A stretch of DNA of 64,000 nt, from the NCBI GenBank assembly GCA_036522275.1, contig DATDGC010000020.1:17995-81994 (forward strand), written 5' to 3'. The position numbers and the translations under genes were made by a program. The notes below the pieces were generated by a model. The model made no database searches, had not been told where the DNA came from, and worked only from the letters and a program-made list of their open reading frames with translations. Source of the DNA: Burkholderiales bacterium (GTDB lineage: Bacteria; Pseudomonadota; Gammaproteobacteria; Burkholderiales; JAHFRG01). Below are positions 8,633 to 20,947 of the stretch, piece after piece. Positions within the stretch are counted from its first letter, which is position 1, and each line of letters starts with the position of its first letter.

Positions 8633-11433
8633 TAATGTGCTTTTTCCCAGTTCGGTCCCGCCCCAACATCTACAACCAGCGGTACTTCCAATTTGGCAAC
8701 ACCACACATGAGCTTCGGCAACTCGGATTTCAGCAACCCGAGTTCGTCATCCGGCACTTCCAGCACCAGCTCGTCGTGCACTTGCATGATGAGCCTGGCT
8801 TTGAGCTGCTTTTGCCTAAGCCACTCGTGCACCGCAATCATGGCAAGTTTTATAAGATCCGCAGCGGTGCCCTGCATCGGCGCGTTGATTGCCGCGCGCT
8901 CCGCACCCTGCCGGTGCGCGCCGTTGGAGCTGTAGATGTCGGGAAGCCAAAGCCTTCTGCCAAGCACGGTTTCCACAAAGCCCTGTTGCTTGGCTAGTTC
9001 GCGGGTGCGCTGCATGTAGTCCGCAACCCCCGTGTAACGGGCGAAATAACGTTCCATGTAAAGCTGTGCCGCTGCTCGCTCGATGCCCAACTGGCTGGCC
9101 AAACCGAACGCAGACATGCCGTAAATCAGGCCGAAATTAATCACCTTGGCATAGCGCCGCTGCTCCGCCCCGACTTCCTTCGGAGGAATGCCGAAAATCT
9201 CTGCTGCGGTGGCGCGGTGGATGTCCTCGCCTGCGGCAAAGGCTTTGAGCAGGTTCGCGTCCCGCGAAATATGCGCCATGATGCGAAGTTCAATTTGCGA
9301 ATAGTCTGCTGATACAATCTGGTGGCCGGCGGAAGCAATAAACGCTTCGCGGATTCTGCGTCCTTCCTGGGAGCGCACCGGAATGTTCTGCAGGTTGGGA
9401 TCGTTGCTGGCAAGTCTGCCTGTTACCGCAACCGCCTGAGCATAATTGGTGTGCACCCGCCCGGTGGCCGGGTCCACCATGCGCGGTAGCTTATCCGTGT
9501 ACGTGGACTTAAGTTTGGCCAGGCCGCGGTAATCAAGGATGAGCTTGGGCAAAGGGTAATCCAGTGCGAGCTCCTGCAACACATCTTCATCGGTGGATGG
9601 CGCGCCGCCGGGCGTTTTCTTCACCACCGGAAGTTTGTGGCGCTCGAACAGGATTTCCTGTATCTGCTTCGGCGAATTGAGATTGAACGGTTGTTCCGCA
9701 AGCCGGTACACCTCGGTTTCAAGTTCCAGCATTCTGTTTCCCAATTCGCGGCTTTGTTCCCCCAGCAGTTTCACATCCAGCAGCACGCCGTTTCTCTCCA
9801 TGTCAAAGAGCACTTCGAGGAGCGGCATCTCTATACGCCGGTAAATCATCTCCAGTTTGGGGTCGGCAGCAATTTGCGGATATAGTGCCTGATGCAGTTG
9901 TAGCGTGATGTCGGCGTCTTCAGCCGCATATTCGGTGGCTTTGTCCACTGCCACCTGCTCAAAACTGATCCGCCCGGCGCCTTTCCCGGTCACTTCATCA
10001 TAAGTGATGGTTTTGACGCCGAGATGACGCTCCGCCAGATTGTCCATGTCATGCGCCCTGTGGCTTTCCAGCACATAGGATTGCAGCAAGGTGTCATGCG
10101 CAATGCCGGAAAGCACGACGTCGTGATTGGCGAAGATGTGCTTGTCATACTTGAGGTTCTGTCCAAGTTTGGGTTTTCCCGGATCTTCCAGCCAGGGCTT
10201 GAGCCGCTGTATAACCTGATGGAAATCAAGCTGAGCCGGCGCGCCGGAATAACGGTGCGCAAGCGGAATATAAGCGGCATGGTGCACTTCCACCGAGAAT
10301 GATATCCCGACCAACTTGTCCTGCAGCGGATCCAGCCCAGTGGTTTCGGTATCCACCGCCACCAATTGCGCCGCGTGAATACGCTTCAGCCATTTTTCCA
10401 GTTGTGCTTCGGTCAGAACGGTTTCGTAATTCTTTTGTGAGGGGTGAGGAGTAAGTGATGAGTGGCTTGGGCTCACCACTTGGTTTATGGCTTGATCTGA
10501 CTCCTTACTTCTTACGCCTAACCCCTTACTCTCTTTAAGCCAGTTTTTGAATTCAAATCGTTCGAACAGTTCGGCAAGTTTTGCGCTGTCGGGAGATTGC
10601 GGCACGAGATCATCCAGGCTTACCGGCAAAGCCACATCGCATTTGACGGTAAGCAGCTGGCGCGCTTGAGGAAGCCAGTCGAGAGATTTGCGCAAATTCT
10701 CCCCGACGACGCCGGGTATATCATTTGCATGCACCATCAGGTTGTCGAGCGTTTGATACTGTGTCAGCAGCTTCACCGCGGTTTTCGGCCCGACCTTGTC
10801 CACGCCAGGCACGTTATCCACACTGTCGCCAATCAGCGTCAGATACTCCAAGATACGTGAAGGCCCCACGCCGAATTTGGCAAGTACCCCCTGCTCATCA
10901 AGTTTTTCATTGCTCATGGTGTTGATGAGCGTAACCTGCGGGTTAACCAATTGCGCAAGGTCCTTGTCCCCGGTGGAAACGATGCTCTTTATCCCCTCGC
11001 GTGCGGCAAGCACGGTAAGCGTACCGATGACGTCGTCCGCCTCCACGCCTTCAATGATGAGCAGTGGCCAACCCAGGGCACGGATGCATTCGTGGAGTGG
11101 TTCAATCTGGACTGCTAAATCTTCCGGCATCGCAGGCCGGTTGGCCTTGTATTCGGGATACCACTCTTCGCGGAAGGTTTTGCCTTTTGCGTCAAACACG
11201 CAAGCGCTATAATCGGCCTTGTACTCGCTGTGCAAACGGCGCAGCATGTTGAGCACACCGTAAATCGCGCTCGTGGGCTCGCCCCGTCGGTTGCGCAAAT
11301 CGGGCAGTGCGTGAAATGCGCGGTAAAGGTACGAGGAGCCGTCAACCAAGAGCAACGTTTTGCTTCCGCTTGACGGTGCCTCGTGTTCCCTGTTGGAGTT
11401 TCCGGCAGCGTTTTTCATTTCGCCCTGCCGCAC
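8632..11433 (-). CDS. polA: DNA polymerase I
   Basis: 933 aa: 5' nuclease (LLLVDGSSYLYRAF), 3'-5' exonuclease (VAVDTETTGL) and pol domain (DYSQIELR, QVHDELV). Confidence 0.97.
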   Translation of the reverse strand: MRQGEMKNAAGNSNREHEAPSSGSKTLLLVDGSSYLYRAFHALPDLRNRRGEPTSAIYGVLNMLRRLHSEYKADYSACVFDAKGKTFREEWYPEYKANRPAMPEDLAVQIEPLHECIRALGWPLLIIEGVEADDVIGTLTVLAAREGIKSIVSTGDKDLAQLVNPQVTLINTMSNEKLDEQGVLAKFGVGPSRILEYLTLIGDSVDNVPGVDKVGPKTAVKLLTQYQTLDNLMVHANDIPGVVGENLRKSLDWLPQARQLLTVKCDVALPVSLDDLVPQSPDSAKLAELFERFEFKNWLKESKGLGVRSKESDQAINQVVSPSHSSLTPHPSQKNYETVLTEAQLEKWLKRIHAAQLVAVDTETTGLDPLQDKLVGISFSVEVHHAAYIPLAHRYSGAPAQLDFHQVIQRLKPWLEDPGKPKLGQNLKYDKHIFANHDVVLSGIAHDTLLQSYVLESHRAHDMDNLAERHLGVKTITYDEVTGKGAGRISFEQVAVDKATEYAAEDADITLQLHQALYPQIAADPKLEMIYRRIEMPLLEVLFDMERNGVLLDVKLLGEQSRELGNRMLELETEVYRLAEQPFNLNSPKQIQEILFERHKLPVVKKTPGGAPSTDEDVLQELALDYPLPKLILDYRGLAKLKSTYTDKLPRMVDPATGRVHTNYAQAVAVTGRLASNDPNLQNIPVRSQEGRRIREAFIASAGHQIVSADYSQIELRIMAHISRDANLLKAFAAGEDIHRATAAEIFGIPPKEVGAEQRRYAKVINFGLIYGMSAFGLASQLGIERAAAQLYMERYFARYTGVADYMQRTRELAKQQGFVETVLGRRLWLPDIYSSNGAHRQGAERAAINAPMQGTAADLIKLAMIAVHEWLRQKQLKARLIMQVHDELVLEVPDDELGLLKSELPKLMCGVAKLEVPLVVDVGAGPNWEKAH
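10437..10533. repeat. tandem-repeat-armed hairpin H2, inside polA
   Basis: Left arm GTGAGGGGTGAGGAGTAAGTGATGAGTGG. Right arm CTCCTTACTTCTTACGCCTAACCCCTTACTCTC. The arms are complementary allowing G-U pairs. Confidence 0.75.
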
Positions 11434-11469
11434 AAGTTAAACTTTAAATTCATTAAACGGATTTCCAAA

Positions 11470-12198
11470 ATGAACCTTCCAGAAAAGCTGCAACAATCAA
11501 TTACCCCGGAATTTCTTGAGAAAACGTGGTCAGCGCGCGAATCCTGGCGCGTATTTGCGATTATGGCAGAATTTGTGGAGGCCACGGAACGCTTGAGTGC
11601 GATACGCCCCGCAGTAAGCATTTTCGGCAGCTCGCGCTCTTCGCCAGATCACCCCTTTTACAAGCTCGCTGAAGCCATCGCACGGCAACTGTCGGATGCG
11701 GGTTTCAGCGTCATTTCCGGCGGCGGGCCCGGCATCATGGAAGCCGCCAACAAAGGGGCATATTTCGGCACAAGCCCAAGCATTGGCCTGAATATCCAGC
11801 TGCCGCACGAGCAACACAGCAACGCCTACCAGGATATCAGCCAGACATTCCGGCATTTCTTTGCGCGCAAGGTGATGTTCGTGAAGTTCGCCAGCGCTTA
11901 CGTGGTGCTGCCCGGCGGCTTCGGCACGCTGGATGAACTGATGGAAGCGCTCACCCTGGTACAGACCGGCAAAACGCGCAAAATGCCCATCATCCTGGTG
12001 CACGAACCATTCTGGCGCGGAATGCTGGACTGGTTCAAGCAGGTGTTGGTTACGGAAAACATGATGGACGCCGAGGATCTGCATCTCATCCAGGTCATCA
12101 ACGAACCCAAAGCAGTGGTGGACGCGATATTCAATCATTACGAGAAGCGCGGTTTCGAGCCTTCGGCGCAAGAGCGGGAAATCCAACTTAACCTGTAA
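11470..12198 (+). CDS. LOG/TIGR00730-family protein (putative nucleotide 5'-monophosphate nucleosidase)
   Basis: GGGPGIMEA and PGGFGTLDEL motifs. ATG at 11470; the longer ORF overlaps the polA start. Confidence 0.8.
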   Translation: MNLPEKLQQSITPEFLEKTWSARESWRVFAIMAEFVEATERLSAIRPAVSIFGSSRSSPDHPFYKLAEAIARQLSDAGFSVISGGGPGIMEAANKGAYFGTSPSIGLNIQLPHEQHSNAYQDISQTFRHFFARKVMFVKFASAYVVLPGGFGTLDELMEALTLVQTGKTRKMPIILVHEPFWRGMLDWFKQVLVTENMMDAEDLHLIQVINEPKAVVDAIFNHYEKRGFEPSAQEREIQLNL

Positions 12199-12252
12199 AT
12201 GCCTGTCTGATGATAAACTAATATATTTCGCTTCCGGGCAAACCACTCAACA

Positions 12253-12585
12253 ATGATGCGCCTCATTGCCGCCACCATGTTTTGTCTTGCGCTGTCTGCG
12301 TTTGCACAGAGCAACCAGCCGAAGGATTTGCAGCCTCTGCCCGAAGCACCACCACCGCAGCCGCAGATTGACCCGTCACTGGAACCGGAAGTGACCATCA
12401 TAAAGCGCGGCAAGGAAACCGTAGAAGAATACCGCGTGCACGGTAAGCTCTACATGATCAAGGTCACACCGTCCCACGGCGTTCCTTATTACCTGCTTGA
12501 TGAAAACGGCACCGGCAAGTTCTCCCGCCGCGACGATTTGGATAATCCGGTCAAGGTACCGATGTGGGTGATATTTTCGTTCTAA
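12253..12585 (+). CDS. DUF2782-like secreted protein
   Basis: Signal peptide, then EEYRVHGKLYMIKVTPSHGVPYYLLD. Confidence 0.6.
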   Translation: MMRLIAATMFCLALSAFAQSNQPKDLQPLPEAPPPQPQIDPSLEPEVTIIKRGKETVEEYRVHGKLYMIKVTPSHGVPYYLLDENGTGKFSRRDDLDNPVKVPMWVIFSF

Positions 12586-12661
12586 AGCGTCAGCTTCCAG
12601 CCTTCAGCAAAACCTAATCTCGACACAACGCCTGCAGCTGGACGCTGACAACTAATAAACC

Positions 12662-13606
12662 ATGTCCGTATTCACTACCGTCACTCCGGAACAGCTCTCG
12701 GAGTGGCTGAAAAACTACTCGCTCGGCACACTCACTGGCTTGCGCGGCATCGCTTCCGGCATCGAGAACACCAATTACTTCTTGGATACCACTCACGGCC
12801 GTTACGTGCTCACGCTGTTCGAGAAACTGCGTGCAGAAGAGCTGCCGTTTTACCTCAACCTGATGTCGCACTTGGCAAGCCACGGTATTCCCTGCCCCGA
12901 CCCGATTGCTAATCTGCAAAACAACTTCTTAAGTGAACTCAACGGCAGGCCGGCGTGCATCGTCACCTGTCTCGATGGAGTGGATTTAAAGACCCCCACA
13001 TCCGATCATTGTGCTGAAGTGGGTGAGTTGCTTGCCAACCTGCATCTTGCGGGTCAAACCTATCCAGTGAAAATGGAAAATCCACGCGGCACGCGCTGGT
13101 GGACTGCCACCGCCCCGCAACTCATGCCTTTTCTGTCGCAAATTGAAGCGGAACTGCTCAAGGAGGAACTGCACTTCCAGTCGCTTTACCGTTACCAGGA
13201 TTTGCCGCGCGGTGTGATTCACGCCGACTTGTTCCGCGACAATGTGCTGTTCCACAACGATACCATCAGTGGGGTCATAGATTTCTATTTCGCCTGCAAT
13301 GATGTATTGCTCTACGACGTGGCTATCACCGTCAATGATTGGTGCGTGACTGCGAGCTATGAACTGGATGCCGGGCGCACCCAGGCACTGCTTTCGGCCT
13401 ATCATGCCAGCCGCCCCTTCACCGCAAACGAGCGTGAGGCCTGGCCGGTGATGCTGCGCGCCGGCGCGCTTCGCTTCTGGATCTCGCGTTTATATGATTT
13501 TCACTTGCCGCGGCCAGGGGAGCTCACTCATGCCAAGGACCCCAAACATTTCATGAACATCCTCAAGCAACACGCCAGCGGAAAATCCGGCGTAGTTTGG
13601 CCGTGA
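12662..13606 (+). CDS. thrB: homoserine kinase (ThrB, APH-fold type)
   Basis: N-terminus MSVFT.V....L..WL..Y.LG.L....[10 protein letters not shown] and the catalytic region [13 protein letters not shown]. Confidence 0.85.
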   Translation: MSVFTTVTPEQLSEWLKNYSLGTLTGLRGIASGIENTNYFLDTTHGRYVLTLFEKLRAEELPFYLNLMSHLASHGIPCPDPIANLQNNFLSELNGRPACIVTCLDGVDLKTPTSDHCAEVGELLANLHLAGQTYPVKMENPRGTRWWTATAPQLMPFLSQIEAELLKEELHFQSLYRYQDLPRGVIHADLFRDNVLFHNDTISGVIDFYFACNDVLLYDVAITVNDWCVTASYELDAGRTQALLSAYHASRPFTANEREAWPVMLRAGALRFWISRLYDFHLPRPGELTHAKDPKHFMNILKQHASGKSGVVWP

Positions 13607-13686
13607 GTCAAGCAACCGGCTTCAAATATTGTGCAAATCGGTGTAACTTAGAAACGTAAACAAAAAGTCTTCTTGGGAGGTACATC

Positions 13687-14394
13687 ATGGAACCACGTCA
13701 AGTCGCCGCCGGTCAGGGATGGCAATGGATCGTCGAGGGATTTGGTCTCTTTAAAAAAAGCCCGGTTATCTGGGTGGTCCTAGTTATCATTCTTTTCCTG
13801 ATCGCCATAGCGTTGCATTTTATTCCGATACTGGGACCCCTGGTGCTGTATATCCTGTCACCAGTATTTCTCGGCGGATTGATGGTGGGCTGCAAAGCGC
13901 AGCAAAACGGCGAAGAACTAGAAATCACGCATCTTTTTGCCGGCTTCAAGAAAAACACCAACGCGCTTATCGCGCTGGGCGGCATCTACCTAGTCGGGCA
14001 AATCATCATCCTCGCCGTGATGTTCATTCTCGGCGGCAGCGCCATCATCAGCCTCATGAAAGGCGGCGAGCCCGACCTCGCGGCGATGACCGCAGCGATG
14101 AGTGGCGCTATACTTGCGGTACTGGTTGCGCTCGCTCTCTATGTGCCGCTTGCCATGGCGTTGTGGTTCGCCCCGGCGCTCGCAATATTCAATAACATGC
14201 AACCAGTTCCTGCGCTGAAATCAAGCTTCGACGCCTGCCTGAAAAACATTGTTCCATTTTTGATTTATGGCATCGCGATCTTCGTGCTCGCGCTAATTGC
14301 CAGCATTCCGCTGTTCCTCGGTTTCCTGGTTTTGGTTCCGGTGATTTTTGCCTCGATTTATATCAGCTACCGGGATATTTACACTGGCGCTTAG
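13687..14394 (+). CDS. multi-pass inner-membrane protein of unknown function (BPSS1780-like)
   Basis: 235 aa with about 5 hydrophobic helices. N-terminus GQGWQWIVEGFGLFKKSP. Confidence 0.5.
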   Translation: MEPRQVAAGQGWQWIVEGFGLFKKSPVIWVVLVIILFLIAIALHFIPILGPLVLYILSPVFLGGLMVGCKAQQNGEELEITHLFAGFKKNTNALIALGGIYLVGQIIILAVMFILGGSAIISLMKGGEPDLAAMTAAMSGAILAVLVALALYVPLAMALWFAPALAIFNNMQPVPALKSSFDACLKNIVPFLIYGIAIFVLALIASIPLFLGFLVLVPVIFASIYISYRDIYTGA

Positions 14395-14408
14395 ACCGAT
14401 GATGCTCA

Positions 14409-16592
14409 TCAGGCCGGCGTCAGCTTGGCGTATTCCAGCGCCAGCCATTTCACCCCGGCTTTGTGAAAATTGACCTGCACCCTGGCATCCGCCCCGCGTC
14501 CTTCGGCGTTGACGATCACCCCCGCACCAAATTTCGGGTGCAGCACATTCTGGCCGATACGCCACGGCAGTGAAGGTTGAGCGTTGAGTGTTGAGTGTTG
14601 AGCGTGGGGGGCAGACGCACCCGTGTCTTGAACGCTGAATGCTGAACCCTTAACTCTCAACCCGGAGTTGATCCGCTTCATCAGATTTTCGGGAATTTCC
14701 TGTACAAAACGAGAAGCGATGTTATAGCGCGTCTGCCCGTGCAGCATGCGGTTTTGTGAAAAGCTTAAGTAAAGCCTGCGCCGGGCGCGGGTGAGCGCCA
14801 CGTACATCAATCTTCGTTCTTCTTCCAGTCCGCCGTCTTCAACCAGGCTTTGTTCGTGCGGAAACAAACCCTCTTCCAAGCCGCTGACGAACACTGTGTG
14901 AAATTCCAAACCTTTTGCCGAATGCACGGTCATCAGCTGCAATGCATCCACGCCTTCGCCTGCCTGGCGCTCGCCGGCCTCCAATGCAGCGTGCGTCAAA
15001 AAATCCACCAACATGTTTTGTGCACTCCCTTCGGCGTTTTCATTAATGAAGCTGGCCACAGCATTGATGAGTTCGCCCAAGTTTTCCAGACGATCGGCGC
15101 CGTCTTTCTGCCCCTGGTAATGCTGTTTGAGACCACTGTGTTCGATGACGTGCTCGATTATTTCTTGCAGCGTCAGGCCTGCGCTGGCTTCGCGCAGCGA
15201 CTTGATCAAGGCAACAAAGCCTTCGATGCCTTTTTTCTGCGCTGTTTCCCTTCCCTGTCCTTTATTCTGCGTTCTGCGCAGCGCCGCCTGCCATAAGCTG
15301 CTGTGGTGCTCCAGGGTATCTACCTGCAATTGCTCGAGGCTGCGGTTGCCGATCCCGCGCAGCGGGAAATTGATCACTCGCAGCAGTGCGCCATCGTCAT
15401 CCGGATTGGCAAAGAGGCGAAGATAGGCGAGTGCGTGCTTGATTTCCTGGCGCTCAAAAAAGCGCAGACCGCCGTACACTCGATACGGAATCGCGGCGGA
15501 AAACAGCGCGTGCTCCAATACCCTGGACTGGGCATTGGAACGGTAGAGCACCGCAATGTCACAAAATTTGACACCTTCCGCTGCAAGTGCTTTCACTTCT
15601 TCAACGATAAATCCCGCTTCTTCGAGGTCATTGGCGGCTTCATAGAGGCGCAATGGCTCGCCATGCCCTTCGGCAGTCCATAGGTTTTTGCCGAACCGCG
15701 CCTTGTTGTGGCGGATCAGCGCATTCGCGGCATCCAGAATGTTGCCGTGCGAGCGGTAGTTCTGCTCAAGCTTGATGACCTTGGTTGCGCCGAAGTCCTG
15801 CTCAAAACTTAGCATGTTTCCGGCGCTCGCGCCGCGGAAAGCGTAAATAGACTGGTCATCATCACCCACTGCGAACACCGCATTGTTTTGGCCCGCAAGC
15901 AGTTTTAGCCACAGGTATTGCAAACGGCTGGTGTCCTGGAGTTCGTCCACCAGAATATGCTGGAAGCGGCCGCGGTAATGCTCGCGCAGGATTTCATTGC
16001 GTGACAGTAGTTCGAATGAGCGCAGCAGCAGTTCAGCAAAATCCGTCACACCCTCGCTCTGGCACAACTCGTCATAGGCGGCGTAAAGCTCGTTAAGCTT
16101 GCGGGAAAAATCATCGAACGCTTCAACCTGCGTAGCGCGCAGACCCTGTTCTTTTGCGTCGTTGATAAAGTACTGCAGCTGTTTTGGCGGGTATTTCTCA
16201 TCGTCGACGTTAAGACTTTTCATGAGGCGCTTGATCAGTGCCAATTGATCTGCGCTATCCATGATTTGAAACAGTTGCGGCAAGCCGGCATCGCGGTAGT
16301 GCGCGCGCAGCAGGCGATTACATAACCCATGAAACGTGCCAACCCACATACCGTGGGTGTTAATCGGCAGTATCGCTGAAATGCGCGCGAGCATTTCCTT
16401 CGCCGCCTTGTTGGTGAAGGTTACCGCGAGGATGCCCATGGGACTGGCCTGTCCGGTCTGAATCAGCCAGGCAATGCGCGTGGTGAGCACGCGCGTCTTG
16501 CCGCTGCCCGCGCCGGCAAGAACCAGCGCAGATTGCCTAGGCAGGGTGACGGATTCGAGCTGCTGGGGATTTAACCCGGAAAGAATGGACAT
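14409..16592 (-). CDS. uvrD: DNA helicase II (UvrD/Rep family, SF1)
   Basis: LNPQQ, AGAGSGKTRVLT, DELQDTS, VGDDDQSIY.FRGA and MTVHSAKGLEF. Confidence 0.95.
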   Translation of the reverse strand: MSILSGLNPQQLESVTLPRQSALVLAGAGSGKTRVLTTRIAWLIQTGQASPMGILAVTFTNKAAKEMLARISAILPINTHGMWVGTFHGLCNRLLRAHYRDAGLPQLFQIMDSADQLALIKRLMKSLNVDDEKYPPKQLQYFINDAKEQGLRATQVEAFDDFSRKLNELYAAYDELCQSEGVTDFAELLLRSFELLSRNEILREHYRGRFQHILVDELQDTSRLQYLWLKLLAGQNNAVFAVGDDDQSIYAFRGASAGNMLSFEQDFGATKVIKLEQNYRSHGNILDAANALIRHNKARFGKNLWTAEGHGEPLRLYEAANDLEEAGFIVEEVKALAAEGVKFCDIAVLYRSNAQSRVLEHALFSAAIPYRVYGGLRFFERQEIKHALAYLRLFANPDDDGALLRVINFPLRGIGNRSLEQLQVDTLEHHSSLWQAALRRTQNKGQGRETAQKKGIEGFVALIKSLREASAGLTLQEIIEHVIEHSGLKQHYQGQKDGADRLENLGELINAVASFINENAEGSAQNMLVDFLTHAALEAGERQAGEGVDALQLMTVHSAKGLEFHTVFVSGLEEGLFPHEQSLVEDGGLEEERRLMYVALTRARRRLYLSFSQNRMLHGQTRYNIASRFVQEIPENLMKRINSGLRVKGSAFSVQDTGASAPHAQHSTLNAQPSLPWRIGQNVLHPKFGAGVIVNAEGRGADARVQVNFHKAGVKWLALEYAKLTPA
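14570..14663. repeat. tandem-repeat-armed hairpin H3, inside uvrD
   Basis: Left arm (GTTGAGY)x4-5 at 14570..14609. Right arm TTGAACGCTGAATGCTGAACCCTTAACTCTCAACCC at 14628..14663. Confidence 0.75.
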
Positions 16593-16663
16593 GCAGGGCT
16601 GCTCAATGCCGGTTTGCTAAACCAAACATTATAAGCGATGGCCGTTACTTAACCGAAGCAGGA

Positions 16664-17536
16664 TCAGCCGAGCTTCTTCTTTTCCTTCAGCTCGAGAATA
16701 AGCGGCGTAAAAATGAGTTGCATCGCCAAACCCATTTTGCCGCCGGGCACGACGATGCAATTCGGCCGCGACATGAAGGAATCGTGGATCATGGTGAGCA
16801 GATACGGGAAGTTCACGCCCTTGGGGTTGCGGAAACGGATCACCACAAAACTCTCGTCCGCCGTCGGAATGTCGCGAGCGATGAACGGATTGGAAGTGTC
16901 CACCGTCGGCACGCGCTGGAAATTAATGTGGGTGCGTGAAAACTGCGGAGTGATGTAATAAACATAATCACGCATTCGCCGCAGGATGGTCTGCGTCACC
17001 ACCTCGATCGAGTAGCCGCGGTCCTTCATGTCGCGGTGAATCTTCTGTATCCATTCCAGGTTGACGATCGGCACCACGCCGATCAGCAAATCGACATGTT
17101 TGGCCACATTGACGTCCTGTGTGACCACCCCGCCGTGCAGTCCTTCGTAAAACAGGAGCTCGCTGCCTTCCGGCAACGGCTCCCATGGCGTGAAAGTGCC
17201 CGGCGCCTGCTTATATGGCGCGGCTTCCTCCTCGTTGTGAAGATACCGCCGCATTCTGCCGGTGCCATTCTCACCGTACTGGCGGAACAAGGTTTCCAGT
17301 TCCTGGAACAGGTTGGCTTCCTGACCGAAATGACTGATGGCACGCTCGCCGCTTTTTTCCGCTTTGGCGATCTGGCGCTTCATGTCTTCGCGGTCATAAC
17401 GGTGAAAGCTGTCCCCTTCTACGGTTACGGCATTGATTTCCTCGCGGTGGAAAATGTGCTGGAAGGTCTGCGTGACCAAGCTGGTGCCCGCTCCCGAAGA
17501 ACCGGTTACCGCAATGACCGGATGTTTGCGCGACAT
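16664..17536 (-). CDS. prk: phosphoribulokinase
   Basis: 290 aa. PVIAVTGSSGAGTS P-loop and full-length PRK-like sequence (EGDSFHRYDR..., NLEWIQKIHRD). Confidence 0.9.
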   Translation of the reverse strand: MSRKHPVIAVTGSSGAGTSLVTQTFQHIFHREEINAVTVEGDSFHRYDREDMKRQIAKAEKSGERAISHFGQEANLFQELETLFRQYGENGTGRMRRYLHNEEEAAPYKQAPGTFTPWEPLPEGSELLFYEGLHGGVVTQDVNVAKHVDLLIGVVPIVNLEWIQKIHRDMKDRGYSIEVVTQTILRRMRDYVYYITPQFSRTHINFQRVPTVDTSNPFIARDIPTADESFVVIRFRNPKGVNFPYLLTMIHDSFMSRPNCIVVPGGKMGLAMQLIFTPLILELKEKKKLG

Positions 17537-17719
17537 TGAGGCATTCGCTCCTGAAATCGACCCGCGTTATTCTAGACTTTATGCAGCATAAATAGTACAC
17601 CAAAAATCATAAGCAACAGTTACATTTCGTTATTGTTACGATAGGAGTTTTTTAAATGCGTTGCGCGAAAATCGCTTTGGCGCAAGAAAAAAAACAGTCT
17701 CGCTTGGCCTACTGCTTGA

Positions 17720-20350
<2,631 letters not shown>

Positions 20351-20353
20351 ATA

Positions 20354-20423
20354 GCGTAAGGAGTAAGGGGTGCGGGCATAAAGCATGGGTTTACACCTCA
20401 CTCCTAACTCCTCACCCTTTACC
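20354..20423. repeat. tandem-repeat-armed hairpin H4 (leuS-lptE spacer)
   Basis: Left arm GCGTAAGGAGTAAGGGGTG. Right arm CACCTCACTCCTAACTCCTCACCCTTTACC. Same GTRAGGRG motif as H2. Confidence 0.7.
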
Positions 20424-20439
20424 TGATAAAAGGTTGAGC

Positions 20440-20925
20440 ATGCGTGTCATTCTTACAGGTGTACTTATCCTGCTGCTATCCGCTTGTGGCTTTCACTTGC
20501 GCGGGCAGACCACGCTGCCGTTTGAAACCTTGTATGTCAACGCTTCCGACAGTTCCGCTTTCGCCACGCAACTAAAGCGCTCATTGCTGGCGGGCACCAA
20601 CGCCCACTTGAGCAACAGTCCTAAGGACGCGCAGGCCATTTTCGATCTGGTGAGCGAAACTCAGGATAAGCAAATTTTGAGCGTGAACACCGGCGGCACC
20701 GTAGCCGAATACGAGTTGCACTATCGCGTGGCTTTCCGCGTGCATGACAACCAAGGCCACGACTGGATGCCACAGACTGAAATCGCTATCAAGCGTGAGG
20801 TCACATACAGCGACGCGCAAGTGCTGGCCAAGGAATCCGAAGAAGCGCTTCTTTACAAGGACATGCAAAGCGACGCCGTGCAGCAGGTGATGCGGCGCCT
20901 GAGCGCGGCCAAAGACCCCCTCTAG
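20440..20925 (+). CDS. lptE: LPS-assembly lipoprotein LptE
   Basis: Lipobox LLLSACGFHLRG. Conserved leuS-lptE-holA order. Confidence 0.75.
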   Translation: MRVILTGVLILLLSACGFHLRGQTTLPFETLYVNASDSSAFATQLKRSLLAGTNAHLSNSPKDAQAIFDLVSETQDKQILSVNTGGTVAEYELHYRVAFRVHDNQGHDWMPQTEIAIKREVTYSDAQVLAKESEEALLYKDMQSDAVQQVMRRLSAAKDPL

Positions 20926-20947
20926 AACCTATCTCATCAATGGTCAC

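Noticed and set aside
8230-8640. Direct target-site duplications flanking repeat copies A, C and E.
   Set aside because: A has a possible TTA on both sides if the TIR is trimmed by one base. C and E show nothing equivalent, so no consistent TSD can be claimed.
8140-8711. ORF-track entries inside or around repeat copy A (8140..8415-, 8200..8427+, 8243..8707-, 8348..8635+, 8385..8711+).
   Set aside because: They overlap one another in several frames. Their peptide strings recur in the other repeat copies (23087..23571, 48018..48486) because the DNA is repeated. They have no SD or start context. I treat them as non-coding shadows.
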